DNA of 62,911 nucleotides, filler included, from Octopus bimaculoides (Eukaryota): assembly GCF_001194135.2 (NCBI RefSeq). It is 4 parts of 3 records of this genome, joined end to end, with 100 filler letters (N's around TTAATTAATTAA, not from the genome) between each part and the next. Parts side by side here need not be neighbours in the genome. Positions count along the whole stretch, not along the records: positions 19,898 to 48,874 come from NC_068983.1; 3 more parts are not named here. One strand, 5' to 3'. The notes under the pieces are model-generated. The model saw nothing but the letters and a program-made list of their open reading frames with translations. It had not been told where the DNA came from and searched no databases. Numbering within the stretch: position 1 is the stretch's first letter; every line of letters starts with the position of its first letter. Positions 27,587 to 41,899 of this stretch are shown piece after piece. The position numbers and the translations under genes were made by a program.

Positions 27587-28166
27587 GAAATAACAACAGA
27601 AAAAAGATGGTATAAACACACGCCAGAAAAGGTCACAGAAAACGAGAAAGCAACCATACTCTGGGATATGCCAATACACACAGATAGAGAAATTAAGGCA
27701 AATAGACCAGATATAGTTGTCAAAGATCATGAAGAAAAAAAATGCTTTCTAATTGATGTATCAATACCAGCAGATGACNNNNNNNNNNNNNNNNNNNNNN
27801 NNNNNNNNNNNNNNNNNNNNNNNNNNNNNNNNNNNNNNNNNNNNNNNNNNNNNNNNNNNNNNNNNNNNNNNNNNNNNNNNNNNNNNNNNNNNNNNNNNNN
27901 NNNNNNNNNNNNNNNNNNNNNNNNNNNNNNNNNNNNNNNNNNNNNNNNNNNNNNNATTCAGACAAATACATAACAAAAACACCAGGACTTACAAATATAT
28001 ATAACACAGAAAATTGCACTACTGGGTACTGCACACATTCTACGCAAAACACTTTCAATACAGTAAACATAAGAGCACCACAGCAAACCACAGCACATAC
28101 CCAAGGCGCACAGAGCTGCGCTCGGTAGTGAAGTGAAAGCACGTTATAAAAATAAAACTACTGAAC
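27587..28166 (+). mobile_element. R4/Dong family A 3' end (gapped)
   Basis: NRPDIVVKDHEEKKCFLIDVSIPADD; terminal ACTACTGAAC; (AAT)n on both sides. Confidence 0.88.
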
Positions 28167-28195
28167 AATAATAATAATAATAATAATATTAATAA

Positions 28196-30185
28196 TAGGC
28201 CGACAATTACAGGCCGATATCCTGTTTGCCACTTATGTGGAAGTTATTGACTAGAATTCTCGCAGAGTCAATATACGAACATCTGGAAAAAATGGAGTCC
28301 TGCCACATGAGCAGAAGGGTTGCAAGCGTAAATGCAGTGGTACCAAGAATCAACTCCTGATAATCAAAACTGTACTTAAAGACTATTGTAAAGCGTACAA
28401 TATTATCCCATATTCTTGGATTATGGAATGCATGAACCTATTTAGTATTGCATCGAAAGTTGAGCGATTGCTTGGAAAAAATATGCCGAAGTAGAGGACG
28501 GAACTGACAGCATATGGAAGAAGTTTAGGGACAGTAGAAATTAGGAGGGGCATCTTACAAGTGGACTGCCTGTCCCCACTGATCTTTGTACTGTACTTGA
28601 TACCACTAACACTGATTCTGAGGAAAGCAAAAGCTTGGTATGTATTGTATTCAAAAGCCGCTAACAAAAAGTCAACCATTTGTTATTCATTGATGACCTC
28701 AAACTTTATGGTAAGATGAATCCCAAGTCAGTTCCCTTGTTAATACGGTGTATACCTTCAGTGCTGATATCAGAATGGAGTTCGGACTGAGAAAGTGTTA
28801 GTATTGAAGAGAGGCAAAATAAAATGTATAGACGGGCAAACGATACCGCCAGGGAAGGTTATGAAGCAGATAGAAGAGACGGGCTATAAGTATTTGGGCG
28901 TTCTGGAAATGGATAAATTGATGGAGAAAGAAATGACAGACAAATTTACGGTGGAGTACTTGCGCAGACTGAGACTGATCCTTAAGTCGAAATTAAGATT
29001 GAAGCTATCAGCACCTGGGTGGTTTCACTCCTTAGATATGGAGCGAAGGTAATCGCATGGACAGTAGACGAACTAAACAGCTTAGACTGAAAGACAAGAA
29101 AGTTACTGACTAGATATGGGTCACTCCACCCAAAAAGTGACACAGACAAACTGTATGTACCAAGAAAAATAAGGAGAAGAGTTTTATTTGATGCGAACAC
29201 AGCATTAGAGCAGAAGAAAACAACATAGCATGGTATGTAAAAAATGCCACAGAACCGTTATTATTAGAAGTAAGAAGGTCATGCTTGTATAGGATGAAAG
29301 ATTACAAAGATAAAGCACTATACAAAAAATTAATAACGAATGAAACTGAAAATAGGTGGGTAAAGAAAATAATGCATGGTCAACTTCATAGGGATGTTGA
29401 AGATAAGACAGACAGAGAAGAAAGATGGCTGTGGATGACTAAAAGTGATTAAAAACCGGAAACGGACGCTCTAATCTGTGTTGCTCAAGAGCAAGTACTA
29501 AGAACAAACTACATAAAATATAGAATAGAGAATACAGCAGGAAGCGATAAGTGCAGAATCTGTGGACAAAACTGTGAAACCGTATGGCATATTACCAGTC
29601 AATGGACGCCACTAGCCCAGAGGGAATTTAAGAGACACCACGACAATATAGTTAGGCTTGTCAATTGGACACTTTGCAAACAAGTATGGACTTGACAGAG
29701 CAAAAAATTGGTACGACCACAAACCTGAAGGCATCGTCGAAAATAGAAATGCAAAGATCCTATGGGATTTTATGATTCAGTGCGACCATGACGTAGAGAA
29801 TAGGAAGCCAGACATAGTGTTAATTGAGAAAGAAAACAAACTGCTGGATCATAGATATAGCATGCCCAGCTGATAAGGAAGAAAGAAAAGTCGATAGATA
29901 TGACAGGCTAGCTTGGGTAGTTAAGCAGTTGTGGTCGATGAAAAAGGTGGTAGTAGTACCAATAATTGTCGGAGCTCTGGGAACAGTGTGCAAAAATATC
30001 GAGAAGTACGTGGAACAAATAGGGGCTGCAATAAGGGTGGAGAACTTGCAGAAAACAGCACTGCTTGGAACCGATCGAATACTCCGGAAGGTGCTCGAAA
30101 AATAAGAGGTGTTACCTTAGTTCACATGTAGTGAACAGCTGACACCGTAGTACATGTCAAGCGTTAGAAGCTGTGCAAAAGCAAT
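28196..30185 (+). mobile_element. R4/Dong-like family B, about 2-kb 5'-truncated copy (RT, CCHC, RLE)
   Basis: [77 protein letters not shown]; AAT/AAC repeats on both sides. Confidence 0.9.
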
Positions 30186-30215
30186 AATAATGACAACAAC
30201 AACAAAACAACAACA

Positions 30216-30255
<40 letters not shown>

Positions 30256-30271
30256 AATAATAATAATAACG

Positions 30272-30316
<45 letters not shown>

Positions 30317-30317
<1 letters not shown>

Positions 30318-31075
30318 GCTCAGGACTGAAAGCAGAGACTGAAGGTTTCATATTGACGGTGCAAGATCAAAACTTGCTTACCAAAAACTACTAGGCTAAC
30401 GTTCTTCCAAACGGTTTTGACCTTAAATGCTGATTCTGTGATGAATTTCATGAAACAATAGACCATCACGTCTCGGTATGTTCTGTGATGACACGAAAAG
30501 AATGCAAAAATCACCACGATAGGGTAGGATAATATTTACATTGGAAAATATGTAAACAGTACAAAATCATCACTCCTGCATCATCCTGAGCGAGTCGTTG
30601 AAGGTTAAAATGTCACTATCCTCTGGGATTTTCCAGTTAACAGTGACAGAACGATTCAAGATAATCGACCAGACATAGTCATTAAAGACTGAGAAGGAAA
30701 TACTTGTAGACTAATAGCTGTAAGTGTTCCTACTGATAAAAATATATCTGTAAAAGAATTTAACAAATTAAGTAAATATAAGGACCTGAAATACAAAAGA
30801 TGTGTCATCTTAAAGCGAGAACTGTTCCTGGTATGGTAAACATCTAGATAATATCCCAGGAGAACCATGTCTCAGGGAAATCCAAAAGATTGTGCTGACA
30901 TGTACTGCCCACACCCTTAGAAAAACCCTATCCATTTAAATGTATGTATTGTGTTGCATGAAAATATTTCGCTACTGCCCCTGCTACTTCTCTTCTCCAT
31001 GCTTTCAGTCATACTGTAACATCTCTGGGTGTGTCTCGGTGAGTGACTGTAATAAACATGCAGATTAAAAGTAGA
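30317..31075 (+). mobile_element. R4/Dong-like family D, 3' end
   Basis: SGLKAETEGFIL..QDQ, LWDFPV..DRTIQDNRPDIV, KEFNKLSKYKDL; starts directly after (AAT)n. Confidence 0.8.
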
Positions 31076-31091
31076 TTATATAATTATAATA

Positions 31092-31230
31092 ATAGTCTTT
31101 TCTAATATAGGCGCAGGGCCTGGAATTTTTGTGGAGGACGCCAGTTGATCACATCGACCCCAGTATTAAACTGGTTCGTATTTTACCGTTCCCGCAAGAG
31201 TGAAAGGCTCAGAAGACTTCGGTGGCGTAG
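31092..31230 (-). mobile_element. SINE family 1 3' part
   Basis: Reverse complement of CCAGGCCCTG.GCCTAT..TAGAAAAGACTATT as at about 60010-60040. Confidence 0.7.
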
Positions 31231-31239
31231 AAGAAAATA

Positions 31240-32450
31240 ATGCCTGACGGAGGCGATGGAAGCGATCACCACTTTTGTCAGACCTTTCATGAATTGCTTT
31301 CTGTTGGCTCATTTCTGGGTAAGATCGGTCATCCTGATAATCACCTCATCTCAGTTCTTTTCCACTTGGAATATATAGATCAAACCAGACAGCGAGCAAT
31401 TTAACCGGTCCGTCCGATTAGCGCCTCACGACACGGTTAGACTGAATGGACATGCCTCTTCAGTTGCCGAATCGCAGAACCACAAAATGTTTTGCTTGAA
31501 TTTGGCTTCTGTAACCGCTTCGTTGTCCATTACAACATTACAATCGACTCAATGTGCCCAATCTCCACCACTAAGTCATAGTGAGGATATTATGCCGACA
31601 TGGATTACAACGTCGTATGCCGAAACGGGTTTCCCGCATCCTAGTTCTCACCAGATGATCCGCGAAAACTCTAGTTTCCGTAGTTGTGGCTCAAGTATCA
31701 ATCCTACAAAAGACAAGAGGGGAGAGACTTGACGAACCGAGTGCAAAATACTAAATTACCCTGAGAGGTGTCCATTTACCCTAATCGCTGTACATTGCAG
31801 CAATTCAACCCCTTGGGAGACGGGACCGAGACCTGCTGCTGTGAGGACAGCGGCCACTTAAAACATTTGGCTGACCGAATTTAATCAGAACCTCAAGCAT
31901 GCCACGTCCCTTACTTTCTCTATGTTATATTTCATGAGATGGAGGTGTTGTGAATAGATCTGTTTAGGCGGGCGCATGTTTGTACATCGCCAATCAGACC
32001 TTCGCCAACAAAGTTCAATCTTTTGGCTAACGCGTCTATGAGATCTATGGACCAAAAACCTACCAATGTAATCCCTCTTGTTTGAGTCCTTTCTCAGTTG
32101 CGTCACTTCTCGATTCTCAATTTTACTGCCAGTTGGCGGGAGATATCTGCCAAGAGGTCTCCAAACCAGTCAGCCGTATAGAAGTATAACTTATAGGGGA
32201 GACTATCCAAAGCAGGCGATTTTCCCCACACTTCGTGCAGTCAACCATCGTTTTCCTTTATCTCCGCTGCTTTTACCGGTTATTAGCAACAATCCGTCTC
32301 TTTTGACAAGATTCCTGGTCAGCTGTCGAGGCTGCATTCCGGCCCGCCATTCATCCCGAACAGTCGAGCAAAGTGCTGCTGAAAAGATGCTCACACCTGC
32401 TTTGATCAGTGAACTGTATAGATACTTAGAAAAAAAGAGGGCTGCTACCT
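31240..32450 (-). mobile_element. Tx1/L1-clade LINE ORF2 RT fragment, degenerate
   Basis: Minus-strand AAVLTAAGLGP, RVNGHLS..FSILHSVRQ..SPLL, homologous to 50882-51223 and 57742-58058. Confidence 0.7.
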
Positions 32451-32689
32451 ATTGAACCGAACGGGTGCGAAATAGGAGACAGAGAACGAAAGATAATCTA
32501 ATTATCAGAAATTTCAAGAGAAGACAGACAAACTTGAGCATGGCACGTACGATATGATGCCACACTCTTGTATAACAAGAACAATGGAAATGAATGGAGT
32601 AGCAGAAACATGAGAAGCCTTATATGAAACAGTGTGAAATGTTGGTGAACTGAATTTACAGTAGGGAATCAGGTATTAAGAGAGACGAA

Positions 32690-34340
32690 AATCAAGAGAG
32701 GAACCTTCCAAGGGGACAGTGTATCCCCACTGACCTTTGTGCTGGGGATGATCTCCTTGAGTGAAATACAGTAAAAGACAAATTTGGGGCATGATCTGGG
32801 AAGCGGTAACGGAAAACTGAACACCTGCTCTTCAGGGATAACTTGAAGTTGTGCACAAAAAGCGAGGCAGAACTGGACAACATAGCCCAGTCTGTACGGG
32901 TTTTCTCGAATGATAACAAGATGGGGTTTGAATTCTCAAAATGTGCTACGATGGTGATGAGAAGGGGAAAGCTTGTCAGGACAGAAGGCATATATACGCC
33001 AAGTGATGAAAAGATGAAGGCAATTGAACATGAATCCGAATATAAATACCTGGGAATGCTTGAGGCAGATGGAATTAAACACAATGATATGAAAGAAAAG
33101 ACAAAGAAATAGGACCTGCAGCGAGTGAGAAAAATATTAAATTCAAAGCTGAATGCCAGAAACATAATTTTGGTAATAAACTCGTGCGCAGTCGCAGTAG
33201 TTTCGGTATGGTGCTAGAATTCTGAAGTGGACAGAGGAAGAGCTAAAGGATTTGGACAGGAAAACAAGAAAGCTCTTAACGATGCATGGGGCCCATCGTC
33301 CACGAGCAGACACTGATCGCCTATACATGAAAAGAACAAATGAAGGAAGGGGACTGATATGTGTGGAAGACTGCATACATATCGAACTCGGTAGTTTATT
33401 GAGATACCTATCCCAAAGTAAGGAAATCTTGCTAGTGTCAGTTAGGAATTAGGGAGTATTGAAAACAGACGAAAAATGAAAAACAAAGCAGGAAATACAA
33501 AAAGGACATGAAGAAGCATTATGTAACAAGGGACTACACAATCAATTCTATGTAGCCACAACTGAAGTTGCTGGAAAACAGGTGGGACTGACTGAAGAAA
33601 GGAGCATTGAAAAAATGATTGAGAGCACCATACTGGCATCGCAAGACCAATCTTTGGTCACAAATTGGAGGGTCAATATTAGGAAATAGTAAGTGTTTTC
33701 ACTGTGCCTCATCTGTAATAGAGTGGACGAAACCATTGCTCATATTGTAAACGAATGCCTTAGACTTGCCCCAAACCAGTACAAGTTGTGACGACACGAT
33801 GAGGTTGCGAAAGCGCTACATTGGAAACTCTATGAAAAGTAGGATCTAGAGAGAGGCAAAACGTGGTATGAGCAAAAACCACAAGGAGTGATGAAGTAGG
33901 AGACCCGCAAGATCCTATGGGATTTCCTAATTCAAACAGGTCAGGTGCTCCAGCATAACAAACCGGTGGTGGTGGACAAGGTGCACCGCATGTGCTGTAT
34001 AGTTGAATGTTGCGTGCCCCTTTGACCCACGAATAATTAAATGGAAGGCGATAAATAAATATAAGTTAGAAATAGCCCGTGAAGGCGAAGACAGTGCCAA
34101 TTATTGTTGGGTCCTTCAGGACAGTATCAGAAGGCATCAAGATGAATATAAAGGAAATCGGAATAGAATATCCAGCAGAACTGTTACATAAGGTTGCCTC
34201 CTTGGCACGGCTAGAATAACCAGGAAAGTATTAGACAGTTGAAAAGAACAGATAGCATGGTACTGTAAGCTGAAGGCAGCAAGCCCACTACGCATGCAAA
34301 ACTCCAGGAGTTCCAACAAAACCTGAGTTTAAAAGTATAA
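32690..34340 (+). mobile_element. R4/Dong-like family E (RT domain 4 through RLE and 3' UTR)
   Basis: RGTFQGDSVSPL, DNLKLCTK, MGFEFSKCA, YKYLGMLE, MDRKTRKLLTMHGAHRPRADTDRLY; ends before (GAT)n(AAT)n. Confidence 0.85.
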
Positions 34341-35889
34341 TGCTGAAGATGATGATGATGTGATGATGATGATAATAATAACTTTGTACTTCACCCTTGT
34401 ATTATAAGATATAATTAATATACCTCATGATATCACCGAATTGAAACACAAATGACTATTCTTAAGCACACAATTGATAATCACCCATTATCACTATATC
34501 ACACATACACCGTATTCATCCTATTTTCATACGTCCGCTACAAGAATTATACACTCTATAGATACTGATCTTTCCCTGTGGAGAAGGAAGCGAAAATCCT
34601 ATAAATTCTCAGCTGGTAGTTTCCAGCAAGCTAAAGGAGAATGCGTTTTCAAGTTACGTATAGACTAGTGATTTGAATTGATGCATAAACTTTATAATCA
34701 AACTGTATGATTTGCTGTTTAATAATATCATTGTGGCTATTGCGCTGTATAAACCTTGGAGTTTCATTGATTATAGAGTTGCTTTGCGTAGCTTTAGTTT
34801 TCATATTGTTTTGATATGAAGGTTATAACGACCTCAGTGTCTCAAACTGAATGTTATTTTGATCCTTGAATCATACTGACTATCATATTAATTGATATCT
34901 CTTGAAAAAGTGTATATTTTTGTATGGCTACGTGTACATTAGCGAGATTGTGTATTGAGAGAAAATATGCTCAGAATCAGCTAAAAGGATGTTCTGTTGT
35001 TTAAAGTAAAGAAGAGGAGGACTGATACTAGTAGGGGTGGAACTGAGTGTAAAAACCACTGAATATTCTATAGTTTGTACCGAAAATGATACATGTTCCT
35101 AGGTCTTAGTAGCTAAGGTACTTGGTGACAAATAATAGTGTTTAATGATCCTTGTGAATTAGTGATTTAAGGAAAGATCATGTATACTAAGAAGGTTCTT
35201 AGAAGTGTGGATTCCCAGAAGCGTTGATACCTGTGACAAATAGCTCCGACCTTATGCTCAAAGTAAGGTCATAAAGTAAACATGCGTGCACAAAAACGAC
35301 AAGGACTTAGAGTCATAATAATGTACTCACAAATGCATACACATACAACCATAGGCACACACATATATACACGTACACATACACACACATATAATATATT
35401 CTTGTCATTGATTGAACAGAACTTGAAGTCCTCTCACGTAAATTCCTGCCGGATGGTGTTTTGGCTTTAAGAGCTGTCACATCTGAATATATGCGTAGGC
35501 ATACTGGAACTAAGGCAACACAGTTCCTGAAAGAAGGTTAGGGTCACATATATATCTGACAAGGAGTGTGGTGAATAACTGAATCGATAGATCTCTAAAC
35601 AAAATATAGTGAAATGCAAGGAAATGAAAATCACAATTCATAACTGCTTTGTAACAACTTTTCTTTGCTCTATTCACCATCATCCCACATCATTTCAAGA
35701 GAGACAAATATTTCACACAAATTAAAGTTTCTACACAGAATACCAAATGTACTAACATCTGGGTTTTCATGTCCTTGTAAATGATTTACAGGATATCCAC
35801 AAGTTATGCCAATATGTCGAATACATTTCGGAATAATATTAGGTGACTCGTATTTTTTAGATTTTAGGTGTTTCAGCCTTTGGATGGCG

Positions 35890-36070
35890 GCCATATTGAG
35901 GCATTGCTTTAAAATATTTAGTCAAACAAATAGACCCAAGTATTCATTTTCAAGCGCGGTAATTATTCTATCTGTCACTTTGTTTCCGGACCGCTAGATA
36001 ACGGGAATGTAGACAAACCAAACCCGGTTGTCGATCGGTGGTGGTAGGCAAACACAAACACAAAGACACA
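35890..36070 (-). mobile_element. SINE family 4 3' half, diverged
   Basis: ATTCTATCTGTCAC..CCGGACCGCTAGATAACGGG..CGGTTGTCGA, homologous to 24400-24480. Confidence 0.6.
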
Positions 36071-36204
36071 CACACGTCATTGGGCGTAGGGAATAGAGCA
36101 GGTAAATATGCGCACATACAAACTCACGCGCACACAGATACATACATGCACAGATAATCGTTTAGGAATCCATACGTCAGGAAAAATAAGCACTTGTATA
36201 TTTG

Positions 36205-36240
<36 letters not shown>

Positions 36241-36752
36241 CATCAGAGACCTCACAAGTGACCTGACATATCTGACGTACTTGATATACCTGACATACCT
36301 ACCTACCGACATACATACGTACGTACATACATACATGCATACGTACGTACGTACATACATACATACATATATACATACATACATACATAGGCATGTATGT
36401 GTGTGCGTGTGTGAGGGGGGAAAGAAAGTGAGAGATAGAGAAAAAAAGAGAGAGAAAGTGATTGAGAGAGACAGAGAGATAGAGAGAAAAAGAGGGAGGC
36501 GGTTTGTATTTGCTTCCAGAAAATTGTAATTTAAAAGTCAGAATTTTGAAAATAATATTAAGAATTTAATTAGAATTAATAAATTTTCCATGTTCATTTT
36601 GCATTGGCTCAAAGTAACACATTTTGAAAAAAGTATTGCGAATAATTACATTTCTAGAGGAATATTCTTGTCATCGTAAGAATCACTAACCGTTGCAGAA
36701 GCAGTGACATCATCAACTTCATGAACATAATTCTAATTATCCTCACTAGGGG

Positions 36753-36847
36753 GATTCTTCTTCTTCTTCTTCTTCTTCTTCTTCTTCTTCTTCTTCTTCT
36801 TCTTCTTCTTCTTCTTCTTCTTCTTCTTCTTCTTCTTCTTCTTCTTC
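36753..36847. repeat. (CTT)n microsatellite
   Basis: Read directly. Confidence 0.95.
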
Positions 36848-37469
36848 TATATGTTGTTCACTTTCCATATTTTGTAATTCAATTTCCGGAGAGAAAGCTT
36901 AATTTCTGCTGCCTTAATTAAAACGAAGTGAGTCTCATGAAATGCGATAAAAATAACTTCCAACTCCTTACAATTATTTCATAGTTCTTTTTTTATTTTT
37001 TATTTACCCATTTTCAGTTTTAATAACAGTATTTCTATTTCTGAAATTACTTTCTAGAAGTTGAGTCTATTTTAAATTAAATTAATTACATTAACAAACT
37101 ATTAGATTATTGCTATAATAATTAAAATATTTTAGATAATGAGGCATCAAATATATACTCGCATGAATTACAAACGTGAGTAGATTTGGCTATTTTAACT
37201 ACACAACCTGAAGCGCCTACTTAAATGCTACTTCTGTTCCAATTATTCGATCATAAGAGTTCATGTAGTATGTTGGACTATTTTCTTTAAACGATAACCT
37301 TTTAGTCTAGTTCCATGACAATATATGTTATTAGCAATATGATAGTTACGAAAATCATTTTAAACAGAGGGAAAGGTTATTAAATGCAGAAATTGTGCCA
37401 AATTGACGGCCCTACTTAAAGTATTTTTGTACTTAATACAAAGAAGCAAATTTATATCATGTAGACTAT

Positions 37470-37560
37470 AATGGCCCCGAAAGGATGAAAAGTAAAGTCA
37501 ACCTCCACCGACTTACTCCCACCCCCAAAATTGCTGGGCATGTGCCACAATTTAAAACCA
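37470..37560 (-). mobile_element. SINE family 1 3' fragment
   Basis: CCCCGAAAGGATGAAAAGTAAAGTCAACCTC, reverse of the SINE-1 core. Confidence 0.65.
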
Positions 37561-37583
37561 ATATAATATAATATAATATAATA

Positions 37584-39650
37584 TCTATTATATATAAGAC
37601 GGAAGATGTGTGTGTGTATGTGACCGACCATTAGGTTGATCCCACGTAAAATCAATATTTTTCATCCGATTTCACGCTTGGCAAATACATCACTTATGTT
37701 CAATAAATGGTTCAACACTCTTTAGACCTTTTACTTATGGAGTAATATAGAGTTATGGGGGTTTCTAAAGAAAGGGTCAGAAAAACCTCTATTTCTGATG
37801 TTCGGTGACTATTATTGACAAGGGAAATAACTCTATGCGAAGTAACATTCAGAAATAGATTGTCTTCCTTACATTTGTATATACCTGCTACACATTTTTG
37901 GTTGACAGTTGGTGGGTCGTACACCATAGCAAGATGCTCTGCAAAACATTTCATGCACACATCAACGTAGAATTCCGTAATTCTGTCAAATCCATACGTT
38001 ACGTATGCAAGTACATTACCAAAAAATCGGACAAAGCCGTTTTTCAAATAAAATCTACACGATCAACAGGTTTTACAAATGATGAAGTGATTCTTTTTGA
38101 AACTGGACGCTTCATATCCACCAATGAAGCCATATGGAGAACCTTAGGATTCCCAATTCACGAATGTTACCCTCTTGTGATTCATCTCAGCGTTCATTTG
38201 GAAAATAGGCAGCGAATTTACTTCACAGAAGACAACCTCATTCAAGAAGCAGCTGTCCCGCCAAAGACCACTCTCACGGCCTTCTTTCACCTATGCAAAG
38301 TCGACCCCCTGCAAAGTCTATTTTGTACGTTGAAGTGCCGCATTATTATACATGGAATCAATCATCTTCCCAGTGGCAACGATGAAAACAAGGCCGAACT
38401 ACGCAGTTGGATCCAGCAATCGGATGCGTCTACACAGTTCACCACTTGAACTCCGAATGATTCCATCTGCAGCTCTTACTTCATGTCATTAAGGGACCAA
38501 CTTCCTTCGATAACCTTCGTACAGTGGACGGCTACCTATACGGCACTTTCAAAGATGCCTGCTCGAACGAGGACGTTTGGATATCAATATGATAATGCAC
38601 TCGAAGAGGCCTCTCTGTGTCGTTCTCTGCACAAGCTCCGACACCTCTTTGTAATAATGCTGGTTTTCAGCAACCTGACAAGCGCACATTCACTTTGGAA
38701 GAAATACAAAGACTCAATGTGCCATATTTTGCTGCAGACTCGCCAAATCACAGGTAGCGTTGACACTCCCACTACCCTTGCCATTTACAGCAGAGGACTT
38801 CTTCTCTTGGAAGACTTGGTTATGGCAACTGGAGGTCGACGATTGGACGCTTATCCTCTCAACATTCCAGACAGAAATGAAGACGCCTGTCCCAATCGCC
38901 TCGTTCTCAGAGAAACATCCTACAACATCTACAAACTCGAACAGTTCATTGCTGACAAAGAGCCCCTTCTGAATTCTGATCAAGCTGACATATACAATTT
39001 TGTCATCGGAAACATCTACACACACTTGCAGAATCTTCTTCTTAGACGCACATGGTAGAACTGGAAAAACACTCCTCCTAAATATTCTTGCGAAATTGCG
39101 GTATAATGGTGACCTTGTTATAGCTGTTGCGTCCTCAAGAATAGTCTCGGATCTTCTCGATGGTGGATGAACAGCACACTCTACCTTCAAATTGCCTTTC
39201 AATGAAGCACATCAAGAAAACCCAACGTGCCACATAATGCATGCATCGGATGAAGCGACAATTTTGAAAAAGTGCAAACTCATTGTTTGGGATGAAACAA
39301 CTATGTCCCATAAATGTTCCCTACAAGCACATGATACCACAATGAGAGACCATAGATCGAGCAACATCATTGGATGCGCGACTCTACTTCTTGCAGGAGA
39401 TTTTCGACAAATTCTGCCTATTGTACCCAAATGAACACCCGCCTATTATACCCAAATGAACTTAATGCCTGCCTTAAAAAAAACCCCTCCTTTGGTTGCA
39501 TGTCCAATCGAAACAACTCACCATCAACATGAGATCACTCATACAGACTGGTCAGCCTACAATCTCTTTTCGGCAATGAACAAATTACGTCCGATGCCAA
39601 CGGATATATTGACACTAACACCATTAGCCACACTGTCTTCATATCCATAT
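37584..39650 (+). mobile_element. Helitron, internally deleted Rep-helicase pseudogene
   Basis: 5' TC-start (TCTATTATATATAAGAC); Rep C-terminal HINVEF..SVKSIRYVCKY, GRFISTNEAIWR, VIHLSVHLEN; PIF1-type TGKT, AHSTFKLP, LIVWDE..M, LAGDFRQILP. Confidence 0.9.
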
Positions 39651-40351
39651 ATANNNNNNNNNNNNNNNNNNNNNNNNNNNNNNNNNNNNNNNNNNNNNNN
39701 NNNNNNNNNNNNNNNNNNNNNNNNNNNNNNNNNNNNNNNNNNNNNNNNNNNNNNNNNNNNNNNNNNNNNNNNNNNNNNNNNNNNNNNNNNNNNNNNNNNN
39801 NNNNNNNNNNNNNNNNNNNNNNNNNNNNNNNNNNNNNNNNNNNNNNNNNNNNNNNNNNNNNNNNNNNNNNNNNNNNNNNNNNNNNNNNNNNNNNNNNNNN
39901 NNNNNNNNNNNNNNNNNNNNNNNNNNNNNNNNNNNNNNNNNNNNNNNNNNNNNNNNNNNNATAACATTGATTATAGAACAAACATCAAATTCGAGTCAAC
40001 AACTTTATATAGTACCACGTTTCCATACATTTGATCATATATGAATATTACCATGGCCTTCAACATATAAAAAGAATGCATATATAAAAAAAACACTGAA
40101 AGTAAAAAATATATATGCAAATAAAAATACAAATATATAGAACGTCCTAACAAGAAGATATATATACAATCGACTAAAAATAAGCAATCCAAATGAATTA
40201 CTAAAGCTTGTCAGGCGACTAAAAACCTAAACAATGATATCAATCAACCAAAAATTTTTTTTACTCTTCTCAGTTAAAAATACGTTAAAAAAGTTCATTT
40301 CATAAAAAACCATGGTAGGTTGAAATTCAGGAGCGTAAGAGAATTCCACAA

Positions 40352-40442
40352 AATCAAGTCAAAACACATCTATGACCATAAATCGTAATCGGACCGCGGC
40401 AGAGAACTCCCGAAATGGCCATAGATGTGTTTTGACTTGATT
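40352..40442. repeat. 27-bp inverted repeat with 37-nt spacer
   Basis: AATCAAGTCAAAACACATCTATGACCA / TGGCCATAGATGTGTTTTGACTTGATT, one mismatch. Confidence 0.9.
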
Positions 40443-41899
40443 CAATGTAAAGATAGCATGTGCATATAAGGTAAGGAAGATAGTCCGATCATACGGTTTA
40501 TTATTGAATAGTCCGTTATCTATTTTAGTCCTCACACACACACAGAGACATACACGCAACACACACTCATACAAACTCATATGTAGACGATTCAGAAAGA
40601 AAACATGATATAACCTTTAAAGTCACTAATTAACTTGCTCATGAATGCTGAAAGTCAGTAAATAACGATTTTTAAAAAAATGAAGGGAAGTACATTTTGT
40701 TGCAACTGTAATTAGGTAATTATTCTCCAACTCCGAATTGAAATTACAATTCAGACACAGAACAACTTAGAATTTTATGATGACTATTAGAAAATATTAC
40801 AGAATGCAAATGATTAAATATATTATGAAACAGAGATGTTGCATCATTATAATTAGATTTTAAGCTATAAATTTCCATTGAGATACACGTATACAAACAT
40901 ATTCATACACACACAGATACGCACACACTCAAACACACGTATATATATATATATATATATATATNNNNNNNNNNNNNNNNNNNNNNNNNNNNNNNNNNNN
41001 NNNNNNNNNNNNNNNNNNNNNNNNNNNNNNNNNNNNNNNNNNNNNNNNNNNNNNNNNNNNNNNNNNNNNNNNNNNNNNNNNNNNNNNNNNNNNNNNNNNN
41101 NNNNNNNNNNNNNNNNNNNNNNNNNNNNNNNNNNNNNNNNNNNNNNNNNNNNNNNNNNNNNNNNNNNNNNNNNNNNNNNNNNNNNNNNNNNNNNNNNNNN
41201 NNNNNNNNNNNNNNNNNNNNNNNNNNNNNNNNNNNNNNNNNNNNNNNNNNNNNNNNNNNNNNNNNNNNNNNNNNNNNNNNNNNNNNNNNNNNNNNNNNNN
41301 NNNNNNNNNNNNNNNNNNNNNNNNNNNNNNNNNNNNNNNNNNNNNNNNNNNNNNNNNNNNNNNNNNNNNNNNNNNNNNNNNNNNNNNNNNNNNNNNNNNN
41401 NNNNNNNNNNNNNNNNNNNNNNNNNNNNNNNNNNNNNNNNNNNNNNNNNNNNNNNNNNNNNNNNNNNNNNNNNNNNNNNNNNNNNNNNNNNNNNNNTATA
41501 TATATATATATATATGTACAGCTATACAAACATACATTTATATTATATATAATATATACATACACACACATATATCGTTGAAAGCTTTCACGCACACACA
41601 TTACAATATACATACGTAATACATTGAAGATGTTAACCACATCATAACTTGCTGCTTGAAAATGTTGTCACAGTATTACTCTCCTATAAGACACGATGTC
41701 GCGACTAGAACACCATATATCAAGTCATTAAGAATGAAATGTCCGATTTTCTTATGCACCAAGTTTGACAGTCATTAACTCTAATGTTTTATTCTGACAA
41801 TTCTTTTACAACATTGAAGAGAGTGACAGCATGACTTTCCGAAATGCAATTAACCATGTCTGATTATATTGTGAGTTTTCTCTTGTAAATCGATTTCTG

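Noticed and set aside
36690-36870. Acidic poly-Glu coding segment (MESEQHI-En-SPSEDN*)
   Set aside because: Explained by the (CTT)n microsatellite, with an in-frame stop soon after.
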